In this document: piece by piece, positions 18,225 to 28,778 of the stretch
Position numbering within the stretch: the first letter of the stretch is position 1
Layout of the letters: the number at the start of each line of letters is the position of its first letter
Virus record (IMG/VR): IMGVR_UViG_3300032323_003710
Length of the DNA stretch: 64,000 nt
Source: an uncultured virus (IMG/VR IMGVR_UViG_3300032323_003710)
Lineage: Duplodnaviria; Heunggongvirae; Uroviricota; Caudoviricetes
Reading direction: 5' to 3' (one strand)
Program-made: the position numbers and the translations under genes
The notes under the pieces: model-generated
The model's database searches: none
Told to the model about the DNA's origin: nothing
Seen by the model: only the letters and a program-made list of their open reading frames with translations

Positions 18225-19772
18225 ATGGTAATTAAAAACATTCATGAGAAATTATTAGCAGGTATTCAAGCAATGCTTATTGATACAAAAATAAACCTCC
18301 CATATTACGGAGAATTTAATTTACATGTTAACTTTCATGAAAATGATTCAATAGGTACTTGTGGTGTTAACGTGGGTACAAAAGGTATGAATTTTTACTA
18401 CTCTCCATCATTCCTTGAGAATATGTCTCAAAAAGAAGTAAACTTCATCACATTACATGAGGATTTCCACTTACTTTTTAACCACCCTAAAAGAACAATT
18501 ACAGGTCAGTATGACCACAAAATGTCTAACATTGCTCAAGATATGATTATCAACCATGTTATTTGGGAAGATATTTCACATTCATTTGTTGAAATTCCTA
18601 AGTCTAAAGATGGTAAGAATATGGCACTTTTTGTTCCTAAAGAATACAAAGGTAATCTTATCTTTGAAGAGTTGTATGAGTGGTTGAAAGATGAAAAAGA
18701 GAAATGGCAGAAAGAACAAGACAAGAAAAACAAGTGTCAAACTTGTGATGGTACAGGTGAGAAACAACAATCTCAATCTGGTCAAGGTCAAGAGAAGTCT
18801 GACAAAGGTCAAGGTGGTGAACAAGGTGAGAAAGGTGAAGGTCAAGGTGAGAAATCTGATAAAGGTCAAGGTGGTGATGAACAAGGTGAAGGACAAGGTC
18901 AATCACAAGGTGGTGGACACTCACATGGTCAAGGAGAACCTTGTCCAGACTGTGGTGGTTCAGGTAAAGATGGTGGTGAGTCTGGTAAAGACTCTACTGG
19001 TAAACCATCTTATGGTCCTTATGGTAAAAACCCAGGTAAAGATGGTGAGCCTATGGACACCTGGTCAAAAGAACAAATCTTTCAAGATATGGAAAATGGT
19101 ACAGGTGAGTATTTAGATAAACACATGGGAGACGAAGTTCCAGAAGAAATGAGAGAAGCTATGGTAAGAGACGTTATGGAGAAATTGGCTGCAAGAGGTC
19201 TTTCTGCTGGTAATGTTGAAACTACTCTTAATAAGTTAAGAAAGAAAAGAAAAGATTATCTTAGAGAAATCAAAAGAGCTGTATCTAATATGATTTTTGG
19301 TACAATTAAACAAAAAACTATTGTAAAACCTAACAGACGTCAGATTTCTGGTCTTAAAGGTAATAGAAAAGTTAAAACAATGGTAAATGTTGGTCTTGAT
19401 ACATCTGGTTCAATGGGTGGTCAAGGTACATTTGAGAGAGTACTTTCTTATGTGTACAGAAATGACATTGAAATCAACTTTATGGAATCTGATACTCAAG
19501 TAAATTGGGTACAAAAGATTAAATCTAAAAGAGGTTTAGAAAGTATTCCAATTAAAGGTTTAGGTGGTACTTGTATGCAACCAATGATTGACTACATTGT
19601 AGAACATCACAATGATTGTAATAGTGTAATGCTTACAGATGGTTACACTGATACACTTGACTTCTCAAAAGTCAAAGGTAAGTTCTTAATTATCTCTGTT
19701 GGTGTTAAATGTCCAATTGGTAAAACAAATGGAAGAGTTAAACAAATTGTACTTGATGCAAATGAAAAATAA
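18225..19772 (+). CDS. DUF2201-type metallopeptidase + VWA-like domain protein (MoxR partner)
   Basis: HExxH (LHEDFH), NIAQDMIIN, CxxCxGxG pair flanking G/Q/E linker, MIDAS DTSGS, GGGT-like GLGGT, LTDG. Confidence 0.85.
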   Translation: MVIKNIHEKLLAGIQAMLIDTKINLPYYGEFNLHVNFHENDSIGTCGVNVGTKGMNFYYSPSFLENMSQKEVNFITLHEDFHLLFNHPKRTITGQYDHKMSNIAQDMIINHVIWEDISHSFVEIPKSKDGKNMALFVPKEYKGNLIFEELYEWLKDEKEKWQKEQDKKNKCQTCDGTGEKQQSQSGQGQEKSDKGQGGEQGEKGEGQGEKSDKGQGGDEQGEGQGQSQGGGHSHGQGEPCPDCGGSGKDGGESGKDSTGKPSYGPYGKNPGKDGEPMDTWSKEQIFQDMENGTGEYLDKHMGDEVPEEMREAMVRDVMEKLAARGLSAGNVETTLNKLRKKRKDYLREIKRAVSNMIFGTIKQKTIVKPNRRQISGLKGNRKVKTMVNVGLDTSGSMGGQGTFERVLSYVYRNDIEINFMESDTQVNWVQKIKSKRGLESIPIKGLGGTCMQPMIDYIVEHHNDCNSVMLTDGYTDTLDFSKVKGKFLIISVGVKCPIGKTNGRVKQIVLDANEK

Positions 19773-19797
19773 AAAAAGAGGCTTAGGCCTCTTTTTT
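19771..19797. terminator. Bidirectional intrinsic terminator
   Basis: AAAAAAGAGGC-ttag-GCCTCTTTTTT. Confidence 0.8.
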
Positions 19798-19800
19798 GTT

Positions 19801-22800
19801 TTATAACTCTACTACTGATATACTTATATCTCTTACTCTTGCAGTACCTGCAGTAATTGCAGCTAAGCCTAAATCAATCCAAACTGCAGTATTTAATGTT
19901 AATCCAGTTACAATTGCATTTAATGAAAATGGAACTCTTGTTACTGAACTTGCACCTCCACCACTAGTAACAACACTCATTTTAACTAATCCACCTTGTG
20001 TTGTTCCTGTTAAAGCAGCACCATTTATTGGTGGTGTTCCAGTTCCAGTTCTCATTTGTACTTGAGCACCATCATCACCTGTATTATTATCCATATCTCC
20101 TGATATAATAATCATAATCTTACCTGTTAATACTGGTGTTATAGATGCAGATAGACCCATCATTACACCTACTGTTGAGGATGTTGTAGCTGGATCTACT
20201 GGCGTTTTTTGCGAACTTGCACTTTGAGGTGTTTGCCAAGTAGCTTGTGTTGCAGATACTGCAATTAAAGATTGTCCAATACTTGGTGCAGTTGCTACTA
20301 TAAGAACTGGATTAGTGTTAGTTTTCAATGCATTTGTTTCAACATAGTTAGTTGTTCCAATAATTGTCTTATTAGTTAAAGACTGAGTTGAACTAGTAAT
20401 GTTATTTAGTATTACTTTATCTGCAGCAGACATAAACCCTGCAGTTGTTGTAGATGCAGTAGCATGTAAAGTTCCACCTAATTGATCACCATGTGCATGA
20501 ATATGGTCTTGTCTTGCAAAGTTTGAACTTGTACCAATCTGACTAACAGTTCCAATTGTTGATGGTGTTCCAGTTGATATAGTTTGCCAAGTAGCTTGTG
20601 TTGCAGATACTGCCATTAAGACTTGATTAACACTTGGGGCTGCTGCCACTATATAAACAGGATTAGTTGTTGTTTTCAATCCATTTGCATCAATATAATT
20701 AGTTGAACCTGTTATACCTTTATTAGTTAATGATTGAGTTAAACTTGTAATATTATCTAGTATAACTTTATCTGTAGCTGACATAAATCCTGCAGTTGAC
20801 TGGGATGCAGTGGCATGTAAAGTTCCACCTGCTTGGTCACCATGTGCGTGAATATGGTCTTGTCTTGCAAAGGCATTTATATTACCAATTTGATTAGTAA
20901 CTCCTATTGCAGAAGGTGTTCCTGTTGTTAATGCATCAGAACCACCAGGTAAATGCCTTGATGAATGTGATGTTATATTAACAGAATTAATTAAATTAAC
21001 ACCTGTTATAGAGTAACTACCCATTAATAAGTTTCCTGTTAATGCTCTTGTACCATTTGTTAATAAGTATTGTGTGTGTGAATCAACATTTAAGTTTAAT
21101 AATGATGAGTGGTCAGCAGAAGCATTAATTGCAGGAGCTCTAAAACCAACTACTGGTCTTTGATCTCTAATCTCTACTATACTTGAAGTTCCTTGTTGAA
21201 TAATTATACCTGCAATAAGTGCTACTGCATCAATAAAGTAACTTGGTGGTGTTGGTAAAGAAGCAACTTGCGCAGATAATAAATCAATATGTTCTGTATT
21301 ATCATAAACCATAAAATATTTCTCTTCACCATTATCACCTACAATATATAATGAGTGTTTTACAAAATAACCTGCACTTAATGCAATTAATGAATTAGTA
21401 CCTGCATAATGAGTGTTATCTACTGAATTAGTAGATGATATTATCCAATCACCTAAGCCATCTGGTCTATAACTTTCAAATGTAATGTCTGTTCCACCCG
21501 CAGGTAGAAACTCATTTGCACCATAGTAATATGTACCTGGTGACACATCTAAATGAAATGATTGAGTTGCATTTTCACTCAAAATAGAACCATTTGAATA
21601 AACTGGACCAATACCTTTTCTAAATAATTTAGTTGCTTTATTTGCCCAATGTTCTGAATATAATGGACTTCTTTCTATAAACTCAAAATGATTATTATTT
21701 GTTCTTACTCTACCTAAAAGTATATTTTCTGATGTAAGTGGTATTGTAGGATCATAAGTTATATCACCATTATCATCAAAGTAAACATATAAAGTTGATT
21801 CTTGTGGTATTGCCAATTCAATAGCATCCCAGTCTAATCTATGTAAAATACCTGGATCTAAAATATTATTAGTATGATAATAACCAAAACCTGCAGAGAT
21901 ACTTAATGTCAAACCAGTTCCAAATGTATTATCTGTAATGTAACCACCTTCAATAATACCCATTGTAGATGATTGTGCAATTAAAGTTGATACATCTGTT
22001 ACTACATCTGGTGAATATCTAATATTTAATCCTCCTGTAATTGTAAAGTCACCAGTTACAGTATCTTGTATAACAATACTACAATTAGGTGATTCAGTCA
22101 TAATAGAAGTACTATCAAATGAACCACTTAAACTACCAGTTGTATCTTCACTTTCTAAAACAATTTGATTAGTTGTATTTTGAAGAGATATTGCCACACC
22201 TATTAAGGTAGAACCTGGTTCATCTACTAAATTATAGAATTTATTGTAAATACCATAATCCCAGTATGATGCATTTACCGCATTTAATCTACATTTTGCT
22301 CCTTTCTCAATTTGTAAAAATACTGTATCTGGAACTATAACATTTGCATTTGCTTGAACTGAGTTCATTACAATCTCACAATTTTCTCCACTTGCCTTTG
22401 CAAATGTAGTAGGTCCTGTTAGTGACATTCCTTGTGAATAACAATGTAAAAGTAATATTCTTGCTGAAACTGTTGCACCAGTATTGTTATAAGCTATGAA
22501 TCCATTTGTAAATTGAAAAGCATCACCATATCTAGAATCTATTACTTGAACAGTTGTTCTACTTGTATCTGCATAACATTCAACTTGTGTATAATTTTCT
22601 CCAAAAATACAATCTTTTATAACAAATGCTGTTTGTGCTGTACCAGCAGTTGCTGAATGATAAAAAGCTGCATATCCTGGATCTGTTGCACCTGTAACTA
22701 AACAACCTATTACTGTAGAATAATCTGCACCAATAAAAATATATTGACTTGTAGTGGCTGCTATAACTCTTGTTGATCTATCATTTCCTACAACATTCAC

Positions 22801-23604
22801 ATAAGGTTTCATTGTAATTGTATCTTCATAGAAATCACCAGGTCCAACTTGTATTGTATATCTATTATCATTTGCAGCATCAGTTATTGAATCAACTGCT
22901 GCTTTAATAGATGAAAATTGTCCATTCCCAGTTGCTCCTGTTAATTTAACAATAATTGTATTTTCATCAGTTATAGTTGCATCTAATTGATTCAATGCAC
23001 CCTGTACAGTAGTTGCAGTTAAACTTAATCCAAATGGTGCATAACTAACTTGTGAAGCAACACCTGGTCCTGCTGCACCTGTAGGTCCTTGAATACCTTG
23101 TATACCTTGTAAACCTATACCAACTGGTCCTTGTGAACCTGTTGCACCTTTAGGTCCTTGAGGTCCTACTGGTCCTTGTGTTGCAAGAAGAGCCCAGTTA
23201 GTAGTATCTATATTAGGTGCTAAGTTAGGTGACAATGGGAAAGGTCTACCTGCAATATTATTTTTACTCCACCAAGAAGCTGATGCAAAACCTACTACAT
23301 GATTTCTTAAATAAGATTGTGTTCCACTCCAAGTACCACTCCAAGTTAAACCAGCAGGTGCTATTGCAGCATCTATACCTGGTATACCTTGGTCACCTGT
23401 ATCTCCTTTTGGTCCAGTAGCACCTGTAGCACCAGTCTCACCAACAGAACCTGTTGCACCTGGATCTCCTTGAGGTCCTATAATAACTGAACCAGAACCT
23501 GTTATAATTTGTCCATTTACATATACATATCCACCAGGTCCAGATGTAAGATTTAAGTTTACACCATCATTAGGTCCAACTTCACTAGTTTTTACAATTC
23601 CCAT
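19801..23604 (-). CDS. Virion fibre/spike-like protein: collagen repeats, pectin-lyase-like beta-helix, duplicated C-terminal module
   Basis: G-X-Y runs; QFSSIKAAVD...IQVGPG motif; AATATATA upstream (23630-23637). Confidence 0.75.
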   Translation of the reverse strand: MGIVKTSEVGPNDGVNLNLTSGPGGYVYVNGQIITGSGSVIIGPQGDPGATGSVGETGATGATGPKGDTGDQGIPGIDAAIAPAGLTWSGTWSGTQSYLRNHVVGFASASWWSKNNIAGRPFPLSPNLAPNIDTTNWALLATQGPVGPQGPKGATGSQGPVGIGLQGIQGIQGPTGAAGPGVASQVSYAPFGLSLTATTVQGALNQLDATITDENTIIVKLTGATGNGQFSSIKAAVDSITDAANDNRYTIQVGPGDFYEDTITMKPYVNVVGNDRSTRVIAATTSQYIFIGADYSTVIGCLVTGATDPGYAAFYHSATAGTAQTAFVIKDCIFGENYTQVECYADTSRTTVQVIDSRYGDAFQFTNGFIAYNNTGATVSARILLLHCYSQGMSLTGPTTFAKASGENCEIVMNSVQANANVIVPDTVFLQIEKGAKCRLNAVNASYWDYGIYNKFYNLVDEPGSTLIGVAISLQNTTNQIVLESEDTTGSLSGSFDSTSIMTESPNCSIVIQDTVTGDFTITGGLNIRYSPDVVTDVSTLIAQSSTMGIIEGGYITDNTFGTGLTLSISAGFGYYHTNNILDPGILHRLDWDAIELAIPQESTLYVYFDDNGDITYDPTIPLTSENILLGRVRTNNNHFEFIERSPLYSEHWANKATKLFRKGIGPVYSNGSILSENATQSFHLDVSPGTYYYGANEFLPAGGTDITFESYRPDGLGDWIISSTNSVDNTHYAGTNSLIALSAGYFVKHSLYIVGDNGEEKYFMVYDNTEHIDLLSAQVASLPTPPSYFIDAVALIAGIIIQQGTSSIVEIRDQRPVVGFRAPAINASADHSSLLNLNVDSHTQYLLTNGTRALTGNLLMGSYSITGVNLINSVNITSHSSRHLPGGSDALTTGTPSAIGVTNQIGNINAFARQDHIHAHGDQAGGTLHATASQSTAGFMSATDKVILDNITSLTQSLTNKGITGSTNYIDANGLKTTTNPVYIVAAAPSVNQVLMAVSATQATWQTISTGTPSTIGTVSQIGTSSNFARQDHIHAHGDQLGGTLHATASTTTAGFMSAADKVILNNITSSTQSLTNKTIIGTTNYVETNALKTNTNPVLIVATAPSIGQSLIAVSATQATWQTPQSASSQKTPVDPATTSSTVGVMMGLSASITPVLTGKIMIIISGDMDNNTGDDGAQVQMRTGTGTPPINGAALTGTTQGGLVKMSVVTSGGGASSVTRVPFSLNAIVTGLTLNTAVWIDLGLAAITAGTARVRDISISVVEL
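20231..20925 (-). repeat. Tandem internal duplication (period 351 bp / 117 aa) in fibre gene
   Basis: FARQDHIHAHGDQ.GGTLHATAS...AGFMSA.DKVIL...VSATQATWQT twice; identical DNA at 20231 and 20582. Confidence 0.9.
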
Positions 23605-23696
23605 TTTCTAAAATTTTATTTTTATAAACTATATATTAATTTTTTTGGATGAGCAATTGTTTTTTTGTATATTTACAGTTATAATATATATCAACT

Positions 23697-24254
23697 ATGA
23701 AACCTGTAATATTTTTAGACCATGATGGAGTTATGTGCTTAGCCACAGAATGGGGTGGTCGTTTCCGTAAACAGAAACAATGGAATAAACTTTATCCAGA
23801 GAATTCTGTGTACCTTACAAATGACTTCTGGAAAATGGATGTTCAATATCGTTTTGATAATTTCAATAAAAAAGCAGTAAGAATACTTAATGACATCTTA
23901 AAACAAACTGATGCAGAAATAGTAATTTCTTCTGATTGGAAATATGATTGTACTTTAGAAGAAATGCAAGACCTATTCAAACAATATGGTGTATTAAAAA
24001 GTCCAATAGATTATACACCTTCATTAACAATGGAAGACTTTCAAGGACTTGAATTAGTAAAAGCAGAGTATGAAGCTGAACGAGCATTAGAAATCAAGAA
24101 ATGGTTGGCTTTAAATTCTTCTGTTACTAAATGGGTTGCAATTGATGATTTGAATATGACACCTCACTTAGATAATTTTGTTCACACAATCAAACAGAAT
24201 GAAGGAATAAAACAATCTGGTATAAAAGAAAAAATAATCTCTTACTTAATATAA
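23697..24254 (+). CDS. HAD-superfamily phosphatase (Swiss-Army-knife RNA-repair HAD type)
   Basis: IFLDHDGV, IVISSDW, R..EI..WL, WVAIDDL. Confidence 0.85.
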   Translation: MKPVIFLDHDGVMCLATEWGGRFRKQKQWNKLYPENSVYLTNDFWKMDVQYRFDNFNKKAVRILNDILKQTDAEIVISSDWKYDCTLEEMQDLFKQYGVLKSPIDYTPSLTMEDFQGLELVKAEYEAERALEIKKWLALNSSVTKWVAIDDLNMTPHLDNFVHTIKQNEGIKQSGIKEKIISYLI

Positions 24255-24255
24255 T

Positions 24256-24732
24256 ATGATTTACTTATTAGAAGAAAGAAATAGACTAAGTGAATATGCT
24301 TATAAAGAACCTGATGAAAGAATAGTAGAATTATATAATGCAATGACTGGTTATGGATCAACTTGTACACTTCTTTATAAGTTCAAGTTATCAAGTAAGT
24401 TAGATTATATGAATAAGTTTGGTATTAATGTACCTGAAAAAGTTGACTATAATAAATTAACACAAGATTATTTTATTCTTTACCACTTAACTACTTGGGT
24501 ATTTAACATTGATGCTTTTAAAGGATTAGTAGAGTTTTGTAATAGAAATAATAAAGACTTGATTATACCTTATGCAAATCATGGTAGAGATTTTTATACA
24601 TCTTCAAAGAAAGAAGGTATGATACAAAAATATAATATTTTCTTAGAAGTATTAAAGAGTTATGAAACAGAAAAAATTACTGACATTAAGCTAATGTCAA
24701 GAGATATTAAATTAAAGGGTCTATTGAGTTAA
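24256..24732 (+). CDS. Hypothetical protein with RD tag
   Basis: Ends MSRDIKLKGLLS. Confidence 0.75.
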   Translation: MIYLLEERNRLSEYAYKEPDERIVELYNAMTGYGSTCTLLYKFKLSSKLDYMNKFGINVPEKVDYNKLTQDYFILYHLTTWVFNIDAFKGLVEFCNRNNKDLIIPYANHGRDFYTSSKKEGMIQKYNIFLEVLKSYETEKITDIKLMSRDIKLKGLLS

Positions 24733-24983
24733 TACTTAATAGACTCTATGTTTTTTAGAGAAACTTCATATTCATTACCATCATATTCTATAGTAACTAA
24801 ACCATCATCATCTATACTTACTGGTTTAAGTGGTTTTTCAGGATCATTATCAGCAAACTCTTTTATGATTGTGGCATAAACAACACCACCTGCTTGAATA
24901 CATTTTATTACATCATCCGCAGTAATTAAAGAACCATCCGGATTATTATTTTTAAAATCTTCATATATTTTTAAGTATCTCAT
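24729..24983 (-). CDS. Small protein with N-terminal MRYLKIYE tag
   Basis: MRYLKIYEDF. Confidence 0.75.
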   Translation of the reverse strand: MRYLKIYEDFKNNNPDGSLITADDVIKCIQAGGVVYATIIKEFADNDPEKPLKPVSIDDDGLVTIEYDGNEYEVSLKNIESIKY

Positions 24984-25873
24984 TAGCTTCTAATATCATT
25001 TTCATAACCACCAAAGAAATATTTCTCTGTATCTGCAGCACTATTAACATAATGTGGTATTTCACTTCTATATAAATAATTTAGTGAAACTTTTTTATAG
25101 AAGTTTAAGATTTCATCTACTTTATCAGCTTTCATATTTAGTATAGACAGTATATCCATTATTTTATCAGCATGTTCATCCATTTCTTTAGGTAGAATAT
25201 TATTTTTGAAATTTAATGCACTTTTTCTGTCTGAAAATAATCCATACTCATTGTTATCACCATAAGTTTTTGATGGTAAGTTTTTTGCATTTGGATAAGA
25301 TAATGTTATTTTAGGTTCTTCTTTGTAAATCTCACTAAAATATTTCTGCATATAAACACTATCCTCACTCAACCTTTTTACAAGTAAATCATAAGCAGTT
25401 CCATTTATCCTTCTATGAATTAAGAAGTTTATGTTGAATAATGGAACTTCTCTATCAAAATACTCTTTATCAAATTTAACACTTTTAATAGTTTCTTTAG
25501 TTGGTTTAAAATAAAAATCAATATTAAATCCTAAATCACATTTACGATGTTCCCAAAAATCCACTAAACCTTCAGCATCCATCTCTTGACCACCTAATTC
25601 ATATGTAGAATTTCTTGGATAAAAGTAAAATTTGCTACTTGAAAAATTATAACTAAGTGGAATTGGTTCACTTCTATCATCATCTTCTTTTTTTGGTAGT
25701 CTTTTTAACCAACTACCATTATCAGTAATCCAAACATTAAATGGGTCACCTCCAGAATAAGACTTATCTAATAAATCTAAACCTCTTTCACTATGACCTT
25801 TACTAATAAGCTGATTACCTGCTCTTCTGATTAACTCTGGACTTAATTCTTCAAATTTCTTTAAGTATTTCAT
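24983..25873 (-). CDS. Paralog-family protein A (N-terminal MKYLKKFEE tag)
   Basis: Shares N-terminus, DRKSALNFK and KVSLNYLY with 25906 and 26703 ORFs. Confidence 0.8.
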   Translation of the reverse strand: MKYLKKFEELSPELIRRAGNQLISKGHSERGLDLLDKSYSGGDPFNVWITDNGSWLKRLPKKEDDDRSEPIPLSYNFSSSKFYFYPRNSTYELGGQEMDAEGLVDFWEHRKCDLGFNIDFYFKPTKETIKSVKFDKEYFDREVPLFNINFLIHRRINGTAYDLLVKRLSEDSVYMQKYFSEIYKEEPKITLSYPNAKNLPSKTYGDNNEYGLFSDRKSALNFKNNILPKEMDEHADKIMDILSILNMKADKVDEILNFYKKVSLNYLYRSEIPHYVNSAADTEKYFFGGYENDIRS

Positions 25874-25926
25874 AAATCTATATATAAAAAATAATATATA
25901 GATTTATGAAATACTTAAAGAAATTT
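25853..25926. repeat. Perfect 33-bp inverted repeat, 8-bp spacer, spanning two divergent start codons
   Basis: 25853-25885 is the exact reverse complement of 25894-25926. Confidence 0.92.
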
Positions 25927-26697
25927 AATGAAGAGTTGAAGTCAAGTACTTATAAAAGTGCTGCAGATAAACTAAATTATAGACATACTGCCAGATCTAA
26001 AGCTCTTTCTGACTTTAGTGATGTAAGACTTAAAGAAGAACAAGAAGAAGAAAAAAGGATTGCATTAGAGAATGAAAGAATTAAAAAAGAGAAAGAATAT
26101 AAAGAATGGCAAGATGAAATTAAAAGATATTCACCATTTGGATTATTCACATTTAGAATAAGTCCTGATGGCGGACCAGCATTTGAAGAAGACTTCTACT
26201 TAATGGTCACACACTGGTATGATGAAGGTCACTATGGTGAAATTGAACAAAATAATCAAACTTGGTTAAACTTTGATTTTCATTTAGTTCCTAAAGATAT
26301 TGAGACATATAATAAAGTTCGTAGTTGTGCTGATTGGGATTGGCAAGATGGATATAGATTTCATATCTGGAGAGGTTGGGTTAATATAAAAACTAAAGAA
26401 TATGATTGTGAAGTTGAAGGTTTCTCAACTGATACTGCAGATAATTTTTATGGTCAAATTGATATAGCTGATAGGAAAACTGCATTAAAATTCAAAAGAT
26501 TATTGTATAGTATATTTACTAGTAAAGATTATCCAGATTATGTTGCAACTTATCATGAAACATATCCATCATTATATAATGCAGTTGAGGCTACATTGGC
26601 ACAATCAGGTATATCATCTGATTTTGGTTTAGAAATGAGTCATATAGCAGATGTTGTAAATAAAATAAGTGTAAACTCTTTATATCAAACTAACTAA
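25906..26697 (+). CDS. Paralog-family protein B (MKYLKKFNEE tag)
   Basis: DRKTALKFK, KISVNSLY. Confidence 0.8.
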   Translation: MKYLKKFNEELKSSTYKSAADKLNYRHTARSKALSDFSDVRLKEEQEEEKRIALENERIKKEKEYKEWQDEIKRYSPFGLFTFRISPDGGPAFEEDFYLMVTHWYDEGHYGEIEQNNQTWLNFDFHLVPKDIETYNKVRSCADWDWQDGYRFHIWRGWVNIKTKEYDCEVEGFSTDTADNFYGQIDIADRKTALKFKRLLYSIFTSKDYPDYVATYHETYPSLYNAVEATLAQSGISSDFGLEMSHIADVVNKISVNSLYQTN

Positions 26698-26702
26698 GAA
26701 CT

Positions 26703-27545
26703 ATGAAATATATTAAAAAATTTAATGAAGAGCTTACTGCTAATACTTATATGAAGGCATCTAAAGCACTTAAAGATTTAAAACATAATAAAAGAGCTGA
26801 TAAGTTAGAGAAACATGCTAAAATAATTTCTCAGTTAAATAAATTAAATGATTTAGTAAAAGACCTTAAAAAATATGAACCTTATGGTATATTTGATGCT
26901 GGTTCAGAACAAGGTTCTAAATTAAAAGAACAATTTGCTCTAAAAATGTGGTATGATGATTGGGCCTTTAAAGAATCATTTGAAGATTATGAGAATGAAT
27001 ATAATTCTTTTTTTTGGGTAAGAGTTTCAGTAGGACTTTTACCAATACTTGAAGAAGGTGAAGAAGAACATATAAGAGATTATTACTCAGAAATGAGTGG
27101 TAATGTTTATGATGGTATTTCTTATGTTGATAAATTAGGTGAAATGGAAGAAGATAATGCAATAGGTAGAGTTTGTCAATACTTTGGTAATAATGAATTT
27201 TGGGGTGTTTTTTCAGGTCCTTCTATCTATGTTAGAATGGCTATTGAGGATAATAAAATAGTTATAAAAGGTATAGATGTTGATGAAGATTCAGAAGATG
27301 TACTTAGTATATTAGGTAGAAAGTCTGGTATACAATTCAAAAACTTATTAGTTAAATTATTCTCTAGTGAGAAGTTTGACTTCCCTACAGAAGATGGTAG
27401 AAATCTACAACAAGTTATTAAATATGAACTTTGTGAGAACACAGGGTTTAGTTCAAAATATCAATTTGTATTTGGTGAAATAGGAGAATTTATTAAAAAG
27501 GAAAGTATAAACAAATTTTATCATTCTTTTAACTTTGTAAACTAA
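26703..27545 (+). CDS. Paralog-family protein C (MKYIKKFNEE tag)
   Basis: GRKSGIQFK, KESINKFY. Confidence 0.8.
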   Translation: MKYIKKFNEELTANTYMKASKALKDLKHNKRADKLEKHAKIISQLNKLNDLVKDLKKYEPYGIFDAGSEQGSKLKEQFALKMWYDDWAFKESFEDYENEYNSFFWVRVSVGLLPILEEGEEEHIRDYYSEMSGNVYDGISYVDKLGEMEEDNAIGRVCQYFGNNEFWGVFSGPSIYVRMAIEDNKIVIKGIDVDEDSEDVLSILGRKSGIQFKNLLVKLFSSEKFDFPTEDGRNLQQVIKYELCENTGFSSKYQFVFGEIGEFIKKESINKFYHSFNFVN

Positions 27546-27560
27546 AAAACAACTATCTTT

Positions 27561-28778
27561 GTGAAAATAATTACTAAATACACTAAATTCTTGGAAACAA
27601 TAAACAATAAAGATATTAAGAAAATCTCTGCTAATATAACTCTACCTAATGATATTATAGAAGTATCTAATGCCTACATAAAAGCAGGTAAAGATATTTT
27701 CTTGGTAGGTGGTGCAGTAAGAGATTTTATACAAGGTAAAGAACCTAAAGATTGGGATTTAGTTACCAATGCTTTACCAGAAGAATCAAAACAAATACTT
27801 AAAGGCTTTAAATTATCTGATGAACAAGGTAAAAACTTTGGTGTGTTAAGACTTTACACTAAAGATGAACCAGAAGGATATGAAATTGCATCATACAGAA
27901 AAGATATTTCCAAAGGTAGAGATACTAAAGGTGATGATCAAAAAGTTGAAATGGGTAAACACATAACTATCTTTGATGATTGTATGAGAAGAGATTTAAC
28001 AATGAATGCTCTTTTCTATGATATTAAAAACAAACAGATTGTAGATATTGTTGGTGGTGTTGATGATATTAAAAATGGTGTTGTTAGAGCTGTTGGTAAT
28101 GCAATGGAAAGATTTATTGAAGATAGATTAAGAATTTGTAGAATCTTTAGATTTGCAGCAAGAACTGGTGGTAAAATTGATGGTAACACAGCTAAAGCAA
28201 TTAGAACTGATAACAGATTGAAAGGTATTAGTCCTACTGATGATGTGTCACAAGAAAGAATATTTGAAGAATTTAAGAAAGCATGGAAACAAGCAATTGA
28301 CTTTAATGACTACTTAAACTTCTTTACTGAGTTTGATATGTGGGGACAAGTTTTTCCAGGTTCTAAAATAAATACTGACTTAATAGAGTCAAAAGACTTT
28401 GTTGTTGTTATGTCAAACTTATTCAAAAATGAGTCAACTAAAGGTTTAGAAGATAGATTAGTACAAGAGTACAAGATACCTAACTCACCAGAGTCTGGTA
28501 AAATAGCAACTCAAATGGTATTCTTAATCAACTTATTAGGATTAACTATTGATGATGTACCTGAAATGTACAAAAAGAAAGTTCAATGTTCTATTAAAGA
28601 TATAACCATCTTAGAATGGTTAGATGTAAACTCTATAAATGACCCTGTAAAGATTAAATTTGTTGAGTTCAAACCAAGTGTCTCTTCTAAAGAGTTAATG
28701 GATCGTGGTATCACTGGTAGAGAATTGGGACTTAAAATTAAAGAATTAGAAATAGAAAATTTTAAAAAATTATTATGA
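27561..28778 (+). CDS. cca: CCA-adding enzyme / tRNA nucleotidyltransferase (poly(A) polymerase family)
   Basis: LVGGAVRD, DWD, RRDLTMNA, EDRLRICRIFRF, SQERIFEE; GTG start. Confidence 0.9.
   Translation: MKIITKYTKFLETINNKDIKKISANITLPNDIIEVSNAYIKAGKDIFLVGGAVRDFIQGKEPKDWDLVTNALPEESKQILKGFKLSDEQGKNFGVLRLYTKDEPEGYEIASYRKDISKGRDTKGDDQKVEMGKHITIFDDCMRRDLTMNALFYDIKNKQIVDIVGGVDDIKNGVVRAVGNAMERFIEDRLRICRIFRFAARTGGKIDGNTAKAIRTDNRLKGISPTDDVSQERIFEEFKKAWKQAIDFNDYLNFFTEFDMWGQVFPGSKINTDLIESKDFVVVMSNLFKNESTKGLEDRLVQEYKIPNSPESGKIATQMVFLINLLGLTIDDVPEMYKKKVQCSIKDITILEWLDVNSINDPVKIKFVEFKPSVSSKELMDRGITGRELGLKIKELEIENFKKLL

Noticed and set aside
11399..19116. Alternate-frame ORFs 11399..11749 and 18691..19116 as overprinted genes
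   Set aside because: Open frames arise from low-complexity repeats in the lipoprotein tail and VWA linker; there is no independent evidence.
27530..27561. TAACTTTG/TATCTTTG boxes as an early promoter for cca
   Set aside because: The second box overlaps the GTG start and spacing to TTTG is 16 rather than 19-20; ambiguous, so not annotated.
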